Counted from the first letter of the stretch, positions 1-8,676 are shown. The stretch: DNA of 17,547 bases from Fibrobacterales bacterium (GCA_051532035.1 JAOPTW010000028.1:4874-22420), one strand, 5' to 3'. The notes: generated by a model from the sequence alone, not told the origin. Made by a program: numbers and translations.

Positions 1-642
1 TATTGTGTTGATTGTGCCCCACGGAGAAACCCCTATATACCCGTCGATACTCTGCATATCTCATATCCCAATCCTCTAGATACGATCTATCTGGATGCCA
101 TCTATCGTGATTGCTACCCTAGGCATATATTCGATACCATATGGGCCGATGTGGATCCCGACTCAACAGAATCATTTTTAAAAAGCCATCCACCCCGTAT
201 TACCAATAAAGGTGAGCTTCGGTTGTTGGCTGATACGTTGCAAGAGGGGTACAGTGTCAATGCTCCCGTTGTTGTAGAGCATATAGAGTATGATTCAGTG
301 CATATTGAGCACTTAAGTGATACCCTAAGTTTTGTAAAAAACATAGCAAATAACTGCCCTGTTCCTTCTGATGGTATGTTTTATCGTCCCCCAGGAGATC
401 TGAGGCTCGCTTCAATGACGTCATGCCCGGTTTTTAATTATCTGTATAAGGTGTCAGTAGCGTCTGCGTTAGAACCCATACTGCGAACGGATATTGTAAC
501 ACTGCACATGAGTCCAAATCGAACCCATGTAGGTAAAGAATATGAACAAATTATTGCAGTAAAAAATAGATATGGAGTAGGGGATACCCTGACACTAAAG
601 AGTATTATCGTGCCGTTTGATAGTTCTGTTTTTAATAGATAG
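1..642 (+). CDS. Hypothetical protein, 5'-truncated by the window edge (possible lipoprotein family member)
   Basis: Frame 1 is open from base 1 (YCVDCAPRRNPYIPVDTLHISYPNPLDTIYLD...) to TAG at 640-642, so the ORF-track GTG at 151 is probably internal. A decayed paralog at 8207 onward supports coding status. Confidence 0.75.
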   Translation, partial: YCVDCAPRRNPYIPVDTLHISYPNPLDTIYLDAIYRDCYPRHIFDTIWADVDPDSTESFLKSHPPRITNKGELRLLADTLQEGYSVNAPVVVEHIEYDSVHIEHLSDTLSFVKNIANNCPVPSDGMFYRPPGDLRLASMTSCPVFNYLYKVSVASALEPILRTDIVTLHMSPNRTHVGKEYEQIIAVKNRYGVGDTLTLKSIIVPFDSSVFNR

Positions 643-773
643 TATAGACGTAGTGATGGGGATGGCTTTTAGGGGTTGAGGCGTTTTTTGATCAATTAAC
701 TCCATAATTTAACCAAAAATGATAAAAGTTATGATTTGAGGCTGAGTCCAATCGAAAATAGTATATTTACTGT

Positions 774-965
774 ATGCATATAGATAGAACACATATTACA
801 TCGTCTTCATTTGAAACAAATGAACGACAGGTTATTGAAGAGATGAAAAAATCAACTCCTCAAGACCGTTTTGCATTAATAACCTATTTAAGAGAAAGTT
901 TCTATGGACCAGAGGCAACTACCGGTAGACTTCAAAGAGTTTTTGAAGTTACTAAATTCCAATAA
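774..965 (+). CDS. Small hypothetical protein, putative partner/antitoxin of the downstream nucleotidyltransferase
   Basis: 63 aa with motif TPQDRFALITYLRESFYG...RLQRVFEV, recognised as the small gene that typically precedes this nucleotidyltransferase family. Overlaps the next gene by 62 nt. Confidence 0.7.
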   Translation: MHIDRTHITSSSFETNERQVIEEMKKSTPQDRFALITYLRESFYGPEATTGRLQRVFEVTKFQ

Positions 966-1362
966 TGTCGAATATTTATTAGTTGGCGGTTGGGCAGTTG
1001 GCTTTTATGGTTATTCTCGTTTTACCGCAGATATGGATGTCTTTGTTGGTATCTCAAAAGATAATGTTCTTTCTGTAAAAAGAGCACTTCATGAATTTGG
1101 AGTTCCAGATTTTGATATCTCAATGCTCAATACTAAAGGTAACGTCTTCAGAATAGGAAGAACACCCTTAAGAATTGAGGTTATTAATGAGATTACCGGC
1201 GTCTCTTTTCTTGATGCTTACACAAATAAAGAATATGTAGAGTTAGAAGACGATTTTAAAGTTCCTATAATTTCGATCGATGACCTATTTACGAACAAAT
1301 CTTCTACAGGTCGTACAAAAGATCAGTTGGATATTGAAGAGTTGCGTAAATTCCTAGACTAG
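904..1362 (+). CDS. Nucleotidyltransferase, Pol-beta superfamily (DUF6036/AbiEii-like)
   Basis: Motifs YLLVGGWAV..YG..RFTADMDV (GG..A and DxD metal-binding motif) and C-terminal K...GRTKDQLD. Confidence 0.85.
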   Translation: MDQRQLPVDFKEFLKLLNSNNVEYLLVGGWAVGFYGYSRFTADMDVFVGISKDNVLSVKRALHEFGVPDFDISMLNTKGNVFRIGRTPLRIEVINEITGVSFLDAYTNKEYVELEDDFKVPIISIDDLFTNKSSTGRTKDQLDIEELRKFLD

Positions 1363-1375
1363 AAGTACATCAAAA

Positions 1376-1509
1376 TCCTAATCCTCTGCACCACACTTAT
1401 CCTAAGCCTATTCGTATTTACCGGCTGTGAAGGCTGTGCCCTCGTACAAGAACCCATGGTCGATGACATAGTGCCTCTCGATACTATTTAATACACCTAC
1501 GAGTATGAT
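1376..1509 (+). repeat. Direct repeat copy 1 (134 bp): pseudogenised lipoprotein 5' end
   Basis: 129/134 identical to 14988-15121 by manual alignment. Reads LILCTTLILSLFVFTGCEGCALVQEPMVDDIVPLDTI*, with no start codon and a TAA at 1489-1491 where copy 2 has CAA. Confidence 0.95.
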
Positions 1510-1636
1510 ACTGTAATTCCGCCCTGTAATTTTTCCTGACCAATACGCCTTAGCTTTTTGTTAAGGAAACCGTCCATCACAGACTAGTGAAGGATTATTT
1601 AAACATTATTATAAATGAGTATTATAGTGTTCTATT

Positions 1637-2347
1637 TTAGGACTTGAGTGATATCCGAATAAATTCAATAATCCATGAGAGAACCAGAAGGTTGTCATGT
1701 TTGGCATGCAGGCTTCTGATACCTGATTCGACTCTTTCAATACCAATACTCTTTTTTCGTAGATTATAGAGCGCAGTAGCATATGCAATCGAATATTCAG
1801 GGTGCCCCTGAAAACAGAGTGTGTTGCGCATGGTAAAAACCGAATGTGGACAAAACTCATTTGAACCGATACACTTTGCATCCTGTGGGAGTGTTTCTAC
1901 TTGGTCCCTGTGTGAAAGAGGAATAGCAAAAGAATCAGCTTTTGGAAACATCCACTGCTCATTGGAGTGTATCGCTACATCTTGTGAGCCTACGCCCCAC
2001 CCTTTGTCTGATTGTATAACTACACCACCAAGCGCTTGAGCGATTATTTGATGACCAAAACATATTCCAATCAGAATTTGTTCTGTAGCATGAAGAATCT
2101 CAATGTATTCTTCAAGCCGATGGATCCATGGGAGGTCGTCATAAGCACTTGCTGAAGCGCCACTTATAACAAAAGCATCATAAGTCGTGTAGTCAATGGG
2201 GTATTCCTGTGCATGCACATTGAAGGTGTCAATCGTAACACCTAGGGAGACAGAATGAAAGGCATGGGTAAAGAGATCGTCGTAATCGCCATCTATGCCG
2301 ATGAGTTCTGGTACTACGGTATCACATTTCAGAAGTGCAAGTTTCAT
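1637..2347 (-). CDS. Class I glutamine amidotransferase-like protein (putative gamma-glutamyl-amide hydrolase)
   Basis: Catalytic motifs GICFGHQ (Cys) and FQGHPE (His, Glu), plus VISGA. ATGA overlap with the upstream ADH gene. Confidence 0.9.
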   Translation of the reverse strand: MKLALLKCDTVVPELIGIDGDYDDLFTHAFHSVSLGVTIDTFNVHAQEYPIDYTTYDAFVISGASASAYDDLPWIHRLEEYIEILHATEQILIGICFGHQIIAQALGGVVIQSDKGWGVGSQDVAIHSNEQWMFPKADSFAIPLSHRDQVETLPQDAKCIGSNEFCPHSVFTMRNTLCFQGHPEYSIAYATALYNLRKKSIGIERVESGIRSLHAKHDNLLVLSWIIEFIRISLKS

Positions 2348-3489
2348 AATGCCTCTCTATAGAGTGTTTCAAAATCATCAACGCTAATGGGTATCATGTT
2401 GGTGAGTCTACTTTCATCTGCATAGGCATCGCGCGCAAGTTGAGGGACATCCGTCTCAGATATTCCATAGCGGTGAAGTCCTAAGGTGATGTCAAATTGT
2501 TCAAGAAATTCTACAAAATATGAGGAAAGAGAGCCCTCTTCTCCAATGTGCACGATGTTTTTTATGGTATTCATTTTTGCAATGTGCACTTCATCATCGA
2601 TATGCGTTTCAAGCCACTCGACACAAATGGGAAGAAGGAGCGCATTTGCCAATCCATGGTGTAGATTAAAGTGGGCAGAGATCGGGTGGGCCATGGCATG
2701 AATCATTCCTAAGCCTTTTTGAAAAGCCGTTGCTCCCATAGTTGAGGCGAGTAACATTTTTCCTCGAGCATCGTAATTGATTGGGTCATTATATACGATG
2801 GGCAGTTCGTGCAATACCATCGCTATTCCTTCACGTGCGATGGCGCTTGCCATGGGGTGATACAGAGGAGCAAAGTAGGCTTCAATATTGTGTACTAAGG
2901 CATCTACTCCTGTAGTTACGCTCAGAGTTTTCGGTAATCCTATTGTGAGCTCAGGTGCGAGGACGGCAATTTTTGGTACCAAATCGGGATGAAAAAAGAG
3001 CGCCTTCTTTTTTTCGTCACTAAGGGTTATAACCGCACAGCGCCCTACTTCACTGCCTGTTCCAGCCGTTGTAGGTATTGCATACAATGGCGGTAAAGGA
3101 TTGGTCATTTTTTGTGTGCCCCCTAATGAGTCTTGGAATTCACTTAAGGGAAGAGCGTGGGTGGCCATAAATAGAATTGCTTTTGCTGTATCAATAGAGC
3201 TGCCTCCACCAAAGGCTATGATTGCATCACATGAGTGTATTGAATAGAGTGCAGTCCCTTTTTGAACATCACTTTCTGTAGGGTTGGAGTGAGTATCAGT
3301 AAAGAGCTCATAGGGAACTCCGTAGGTGTCGAGTAACTTAAGAAGCGGTTGATGAATGTTGAGTGAAAGAATACCGGGGTCAGTGACAATAAGAATGTTG
3401 CGATAGAATAATTGTGCTATCCGGTTCACACATTCTTCGAGTGCTCCCTCGCCATACAATAGTGTAGTTGGATAATTATACTGAATCAT
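2344..3489 (-). CDS. Iron-containing (type III) alcohol dehydrogenase
   Basis: Motifs AFGGGSSIDTAK and IPTTAGTGSE, with metal-ligand motifs DALVHNIE, GMIHAMAH and HHGLANA. Confidence 0.93.
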   Translation of the reverse strand: MIQYNYPTTLLYGEGALEECVNRIAQLFYRNILIVTDPGILSLNIHQPLLKLLDTYGVPYELFTDTHSNPTESDVQKGTALYSIHSCDAIIAFGGGSSIDTAKAILFMATHALPLSEFQDSLGGTQKMTNPLPPLYAIPTTAGTGSEVGRCAVITLSDEKKKALFFHPDLVPKIAVLAPELTIGLPKTLSVTTGVDALVHNIEAYFAPLYHPMASAIAREGIAMVLHELPIVYNDPINYDARGKMLLASTMGATAFQKGLGMIHAMAHPISAHFNLHHGLANALLLPICVEWLETHIDDEVHIAKMNTIKNIVHIGEEGSLSSYFVEFLEQFDITLGLHRYGISETDVPQLARDAYADESRLTNMIPISVDDFETLYREAL

Positions 3490-4883
3490 TATATACCTTC
3501 AAAATAACGTTTGAGTTGCCAATCGGTAACCTGTTTCTCATATTCCCGTACTTCCCATTCTCGTGTGGCAGAAAAGTGTTTGCAAAAATCTAATCCAAAG
3601 AGACTGGGGGCAATCTCTGAACTTTTAAAGAGAGATGTTGCATCACGTAAATTAGTGGGGAGTTGTAGGTGACTTTCTAGGTGTGCTTCTTGTTCATATG
3701 CATTCCCCGTAATTGGCTCGGTCGGATCTATTTTTTCTTTTATACCCTGTAATCCTGCGGCGATGATTGCTGCTGCAGCTAAATAGGGGTTAGCATCTGC
3801 TGACCCTATGCGGAACTCTAATCGTTGTGCACTCTCTTTGTCGGGTATCACTCTAAGGGAGGTGGTACGGTTTTCTATTCCCCAGGTAAGTGAGGTGGGT
3901 GCCCATGCCCCTTTGACTAATCGAGTATAGTCGTTTATTGTTGGTGTGGTAAGCGGAAGTAATTCCTTGAGATACCGTTGTTGACCGCCAATATAGTATC
4001 GCAATGTATCACTGATATTGTGATGGGCATCGGCATTATAAAAGAGATGCTCACCTGTTTCCAGGTCATACAATGATTGATGAATGTGCCCGCTTTGGCC
4101 GGGGTGCTGCATTGACCATTTTGCCATAAAGGTTGCGATTAGGTTGCGCTGTTGAAAAAAAACTTTGCTAAATGTTTTAAACAGTACTGCGTCATCACAC
4201 GATTTCAAAACATCTGTATAGTGAATTGCTGCTTCAATAACTCCAGGGCCCGTTTCGCAGTGGAGTCCCTCTAGGGGAATATTAAGTTTTTCGGTGTATT
4301 CAAGGAGATCATGAAATAGGTCAGATTCTGTAGAATTTCTTAATACAGAGTATCCAAAATTGCCCGGGGTAAATGGTGTGAGGTTCGTGTAGTTTTTTTC
4401 GCGAATAGAATGAGAGGTTTCATTGAACACAAAAAATTCATATTCAAATCCAGTGGTCACTCCGATATTCATGGATTTGGCTTTCTCAATAATTTTTTTA
4501 AGTACCGTTCTTGGAGAGATAGGATGGAGAGAATAGCTTGAGTTTTCTTTGGTGACAAAGTCTATAAGAAAAAAGGGAGTAGGATGCTTTTCGTTGAGCA
4601 TTCGCTCGCTAGAGAGGTCAATCTTAAATAGTGCATCAGGGTAGGCGGTGTGCCAGCCGGTAAACGAAGTGTTGTCATACAATTGATCATCGATGTCCCA
4701 ACCTAAAACACAATCACAAAAACCAGCATGAGAACCAAGTATAGAAGTGAATTTTTCAAGACTAATATATTTACCACGGATAACGCCATCAATATCTACA
4801 AACCCCAGTTTGATATATCTAATACCTTCAGTCGTATATCGTTTTAAAATCTCTTCTTTTACTTGCACTTTAATGTTCTCCAT
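3489..4883 (-). CDS. Glutamine synthetase-like gamma-glutamyl-amine ligase (GlnA4/PuuA-like)
   Basis: GS motifs GFEYEFF, HCETGPGVIE, ATFMAK, GQSGHIHQSL, WGIENRT and RLEFRI..ADANPY. The flap reads GAWAP rather than GYEAP. Start placed at ATG 4883 (MENIK..., 464 aa), overlapping the ALDH stop by 14 nt. Confidence 0.9.
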   Translation of the reverse strand: MENIKVQVKEEILKRYTTEGIRYIKLGFVDIDGVIRGKYISLEKFTSILGSHAGFCDCVLGWDIDDQLYDNTSFTGWHTAYPDALFKIDLSSERMLNEKHPTPFFLIDFVTKENSSYSLHPISPRTVLKKIIEKAKSMNIGVTTGFEYEFFVFNETSHSIREKNYTNLTPFTPGNFGYSVLRNSTESDLFHDLLEYTEKLNIPLEGLHCETGPGVIEAAIHYTDVLKSCDDAVLFKTFSKVFFQQRNLIATFMAKWSMQHPGQSGHIHQSLYDLETGEHLFYNADAHHNISDTLRYYIGGQQRYLKELLPLTTPTINDYTRLVKGAWAPTSLTWGIENRTTSLRVIPDKESAQRLEFRIGSADANPYLAAAAIIAAGLQGIKEKIDPTEPITGNAYEQEAHLESHLQLPTNLRDATSLFKSSEIAPSLFGLDFCKHFSATREWEVREYEKQVTDWQLKRYFEGI

Positions 4884-6252
4884 TTTTGAAATGAATCGCT
4901 TTCCGTTTCGTGAGATACATAAAGCCATACTGTGATAACGAAGACCCTTTCCCGCTATTTTTATACCCTGTCCAAGGGAGTGCTGGGTCGAGGAAATCAC
5001 ACCTGTTTTGAAATATAGTCCCCGCCTCAACCGCTGAAGCGAACATCTCAGCAGTGTTGCTGTTTTCTGTAAAAATAGATGCAGTAAGACCATACGAAGA
5101 TTTATTCAAGAAAGTGATAGCTTCTTCTATACTCTCAACTTCTTGAATAGGTAATAGGGGAGCAAAGTTTTCTTCCTGCATAATAAGCATATCTTCAGTG
5201 ACATTGACCAGTACTGTGGGTTCCCAAAAATAGCCGTCCTTAATTTTTTTGTAGCCCCCTCCACAGAGAATTTGTGCTCCTTTATCATGTGCATCATGAA
5301 TCTGTTTTTCTAAAAAAGGAATACACTTTGGGTCGGCCATTGGGCCCATATTTGTTGATGGGTGTATAGGGTCACCTAAGGTATATTCTTGAGCTTTAGT
5401 TATACAGCGTTGCGTAAACTCAAGGGCGATAGAGTGATGTACATAAATTCTTTCAAGCCCACAGCATGATTGACCAGCATTATAAAATGCCCCATCTACA
5501 ATTGCATCAGCAGCAGTTATTGGGTCACTACTTGCATCAACATACACGCCATCTTTTCCACCGAGCTCTAAATTGCAATCCATAAACGTATGGGCCACTG
5601 ATTGATAAATTGCATGTCCTCCTGCAACAGACCCGGTAAACACCACATGATCCACGATATTATTTTTGATGAGATCGGCGCATTGTTCATGAGTCGCTAT
5701 CAAATGCCTAACAACCTCCATCTCAAATGATTGATTAAAAGCTTTTGCAAAGTGAGACCCTATTTCAGTTGTCATTTGAGCATGTTTCAATAAAACGGTG
5801 TTGCCACAGAGGATGCTGGTGAGGAGTCCATTTATGGTAATGAGTAGGGGATAGTTCCACGCTGAAATAATAAAGACGAGTCCAAGTGGTTCTTTTTTAA
5901 TTGCTCGGTAGAACCCTTGTTTCTCTTCGATGGCGTCATCTAACAGTATCTGTTCTGCATTATCGCATAACCAATTACCTCGGTCGAGCATGGCTTCAAC
6001 TTCACCGTTTGCTTGCGCGAGGGGGCGTCCCATCTGTTGGGTGATCGATAGGCCAATTTCGTCTGCGTGTTCTTTAAAATAGGTAAGGGCGCTTCTACAC
6101 TTTTGAACTCTTTCAGTAATGGGAAGGGCCGAGACTTTTTTTTGAGATTTGTGGAGTTCGGAACACAGTGCTTTGATTGTCTCAAAATCTTGAAACAGGT
6201 ACTTCTTAAGTACTTCTCCAGAAAATGGGTTGGTACATTCAAATCCGTTCAT
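4870..6252 (-). CDS. NAD(P)-dependent aldehyde dehydrogenase
   Basis: Motifs AWNYP, FTGSVAGG, LELGGKD (catalytic Glu), NAGQSCC (catalytic Cys), EENFAP and YGLTASIFT. Confidence 0.95.
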   Translation of the reverse strand: MNGFECTNPFSGEVLKKYLFQDFETIKALCSELHKSQKKVSALPITERVQKCRSALTYFKEHADEIGLSITQQMGRPLAQANGEVEAMLDRGNWLCDNAEQILLDDAIEEKQGFYRAIKKEPLGLVFIISAWNYPLLITINGLLTSILCGNTVLLKHAQMTTEIGSHFAKAFNQSFEMEVVRHLIATHEQCADLIKNNIVDHVVFTGSVAGGHAIYQSVAHTFMDCNLELGGKDGVYVDASSDPITAADAIVDGAFYNAGQSCCGLERIYVHHSIALEFTQRCITKAQEYTLGDPIHPSTNMGPMADPKCIPFLEKQIHDAHDKGAQILCGGGYKKIKDGYFWEPTVLVNVTEDMLIMQEENFAPLLPIQEVESIEEAITFLNKSSYGLTASIFTENSNTAEMFASAVEAGTIFQNRCDFLDPALPWTGYKNSGKGSSLSQYGFMYLTKRKAIHFKNGEH

Positions 6253-6457
6253 TGGTTCGTAACCGGTCTTGTTAATCTATAGTGTATCATAAAATGCTTT
6301 GGAGTGCAATGTAGGGTAAGTTTAGGCCATACAGGCTTAATAGGGCGTTTACAGAAGTGCCTTTTAGTAAATCTTCCATAAATATCAAAATAATGAATAG
6401 AGTGGTTACTTCAATGATATTGGGTTCGTCTAATACAGAAACGTATAGGGAGACTCA

Positions 6458-7228
6458 ATGAAAAATTCGCTGTTATCATTAATTATGGCAGTATTGGCCA
6501 TAAATTTTACCAGTTGTTATCAAGCAAAAATCAAACAACCTGTCCAGATGGTGAGCAACCATACCTTTGTGAAGGATCAAAAGAGCTTTGATGTATCGGG
6601 TTCTGTTAATATTATGCCTACTCCGGTAATTACTCACTATTCATTTGCTGATAATAGAATTTCGAACAATGTGGAACCGGGTATACCCATAGGGCTACGG
6701 TATCGATTGAATGAGAGTTACCATTTATCAGCGCAAGTAATGCCTTCTTCGGGTACTGCTCATATTTTAGACAATCACTTTAGTGTTGCTGCAGCGTCTT
6801 TGCATAGTTTGGGTGAATTATCATATGGTACACTTATTTTTGATATACAAACGAGTAGAGAGAAGGGTAGTGGGAATCAGGATGATAGTTATGATTCACG
6901 ATCAGTGTATCTTACAAGTCGTATGCTATCTTATGGGATTCAAGGATATTATGGACTCGAAAGTGTGGATAATGATAGTTGGTGGGGTGGGTCTATTAGA
7001 GTTGGGGGCTTTTTAAAAACGGGGCATTTTTTTATGGAACATCACACTGACGAACTATCAAAGCATGTAACGATCTGGTTTATGGGTCCCGCACTCCAGG
7101 GTGCAGTAAAGCTTTTTAAATATGGTGAACTGTATTTAGGGGGAGCACTTCCTGTTATGCTTATTGATACCTATTCAAATGGACACCTTCAAATTGAGGT
7201 TGATCTAGGGCTTAAGATTAGTATTTAG
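6458..7228 (+). CDS. Hypothetical lipoprotein with outer-membrane beta-strand character
   Basis: SD-like GGGAG upstream. Signal peptide MKNSLLSLIMAVLAINFTS-C with lipobox Cys20. Alternating beta-strand-like segments and C-terminus VDLGLKISI. Confidence 0.75.
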   Translation: MKNSLLSLIMAVLAINFTSCYQAKIKQPVQMVSNHTFVKDQKSFDVSGSVNIMPTPVITHYSFADNRISNNVEPGIPIGLRYRLNESYHLSAQVMPSSGTAHILDNHFSVAAASLHSLGELSYGTLIFDIQTSREKGSGNQDDSYDSRSVYLTSRMLSYGIQGYYGLESVDNDSWWGGSIRVGGFLKTGHFFMEHHTDELSKHVTIWFMGPALQGAVKLFKYGELYLGGALPVMLIDTYSNGHLQIEVDLGLKISI

Positions 7229-7320
7229 TTTGGGTAGATTTAATTAATTTCCACTTATTTCAATTTCTGGTAACATATCCCCCTTCTCCTGTGTTTAATA
7301 GGAAAATTTGAAATTGATCT

Positions 7321-7491
7321 AAAATCAACATCAAACAGTTTTCTCAGTCTCATGATAGGTTTTTGATTATTGATCAAAAGGATATATACCATTTGGGAGC
7401 CTCATTGAAAGACCTTGGTAAAAGCTGGTTTGCCTTTTCCAAATTTGATAAAGGGGCGCTGGAGATGGTGAGTCGGTTGGGGGAGGGGTGA
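7321..7491 (+). pseudogene. 3' fragment of an ORF6N/RhuM-associated DNA-binding protein gene (HDRF C-terminal domain)
   Basis: Translates KINIKQFSQSHDRFLIIDQKDIYHLGASLKDLGKSWFAFSKFDKGALEMVSRLGEG*, recognised as the conserved C-terminus of that family. In-frame stops lie just upstream and there is no start codon. Confidence 0.8.
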
Positions 7492-7670
7492 TGTTGTGTT
7501 CATCCATGAATTCCTTGTCAAACTGCAATTATCAATACTCTTTCCCAACTTCGGTCTGAAAACTGAACAATTTTTTGAATGTCTGTAAAACCTCATGTCC
7601 TGTGGCGTAAATGATAATTTTAAATTATTTTTAATGAACGTTTAATTGAATATAAATATGGGACTCTTTT

Positions 7671-8165
7671 ATGCAAAACTATACTGATCACAACCTAGCT
7701 TCATTTTTAATCGATCCTGATGTGTCCGAAGAAAAGAAGTGTGAAGTTCAACAAGAATTTGATAAACGTGGTTATACAAAAGAAGATATTGAACTTTTAT
7801 ATAAAGAAAAAGAAGAATATAAAAAAGAAAAATTTAAAGAAGATGCCATCGGTATTTCTAGAATCACTAAAATACTGTGTTTCTTTCCATTCACGTCGAT
7901 ATTTATATTGCCATCATATATCTCTAATCTAAAAAATGCATCAAACGTAGAGAGGCAAAAAGCTTATTATTCTGTCTGCGGTTTCATCATGCTCGTTTCA
8001 TATTTTATACTAATGGTTTTGGCGAACTCTATTTTAGGGATTAATATGGGAGGTGATCTTTTAGTCATTATTTATCTTATAGGCTTTTATGTTCTGGTTG
8101 AAAAACAAGAAGAACGATTTATTCCAATTAAATCTCTAAGTTTTGAAGGAATAAGTAAGGTATGA
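7671..8165 (+). CDS. Hypothetical membrane protein (about 3 TM segments), very AT-rich
   Basis: 164-aa ORF with a charged N-terminal half followed by hydrophobic segments. GGGA SD-like sequence upstream. Confidence 0.7.
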   Translation: MQNYTDHNLASFLIDPDVSEEKKCEVQQEFDKRGYTKEDIELLYKEKEEYKKEKFKEDAIGISRITKILCFFPFTSIFILPSYISNLKNASNVERQKAYYSVCGFIMLVSYFILMVLANSILGINMGGDLLVIIYLIGFYVLVEKQEERFIPIKSLSFEGISKV

Positions 8166-8206
8166 GTCAAAAAAAAATATAATTATAATTGTTCGTTTTT
8201 TAAGAA

Positions 8207-8560
8207 GAGCATCTAAGTGATAACCCTCCTTTGGTAGAGGATATTGCAGTCAACCGCTCTGTACCTGCTGACGGTATTTTTAATCATGCCCCAGGAGAAT
8301 TATTTATGTACGCGGGGATGCCCGCATACCGTTTCTAAGGTGACCGTAGAAGTTCGTTACAAGTTATGCGACTGGTCAATATCGTAACCCTTCGTATGAG
8401 TCCAGATAGTTTATGGGGTTCTGTGCCCGAGGCTTCTTTAACTCATGTGCGGAGCACGTTTTACAGTATGCAGCGCTTTCGAAAGAATCAAATACAGGTT
8501 GATGATGTACAGACTTAATCAAACACCACTATAAGGTTAAAGCGTCTACTGGTGCATGAT
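8207..8560 (+). pseudogene. Decayed paralog of the 3' half of the gene at 1-642
   Basis: EHLSDNPPLVEDIAVNRSVPADGIFNHAPGEL aligns with EHLSDTLSFVKNIANNCPVPSDGMFYRPPGDL, and NIVTLRMSPD with DIVTLHMSPN. In-frame stops at 8336 and 8516. KVTV (cf. KVSV) lies in a shifted frame. The 3' boundary is approximate. Confidence 0.8.
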
Positions 8561-8676
8561 GATCATTTGGTAGATACTCCAGTAGAGCCACAAGTGATTA
8601 TTCGATGTACAGAGCAGTGTAACCTGGGTAACACACTAGAGCCTTATACTGAAGCTCTCAGCAGAGTGCCTTTTAT

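Noticed and set aside
3489..4883. Calling this gene glnA (housekeeping glutamine synthetase)
   Set aside because: Ammonium-site motifs are altered and the operon context is catabolic, so no gene symbol was assigned.
4884..5093. 70-aa N-terminal extension of the GS-like ORF
   Set aside because: It overlaps the conserved ALDH C-terminus on the same strand. ATG 4883 gives a normal 464-aa protein with a short coupling overlap.
7402..7596. 64-aa minus-strand ORF
   Set aside because: It is partly antisense to the recognisable HDRF gene fragment and has no protein motif.
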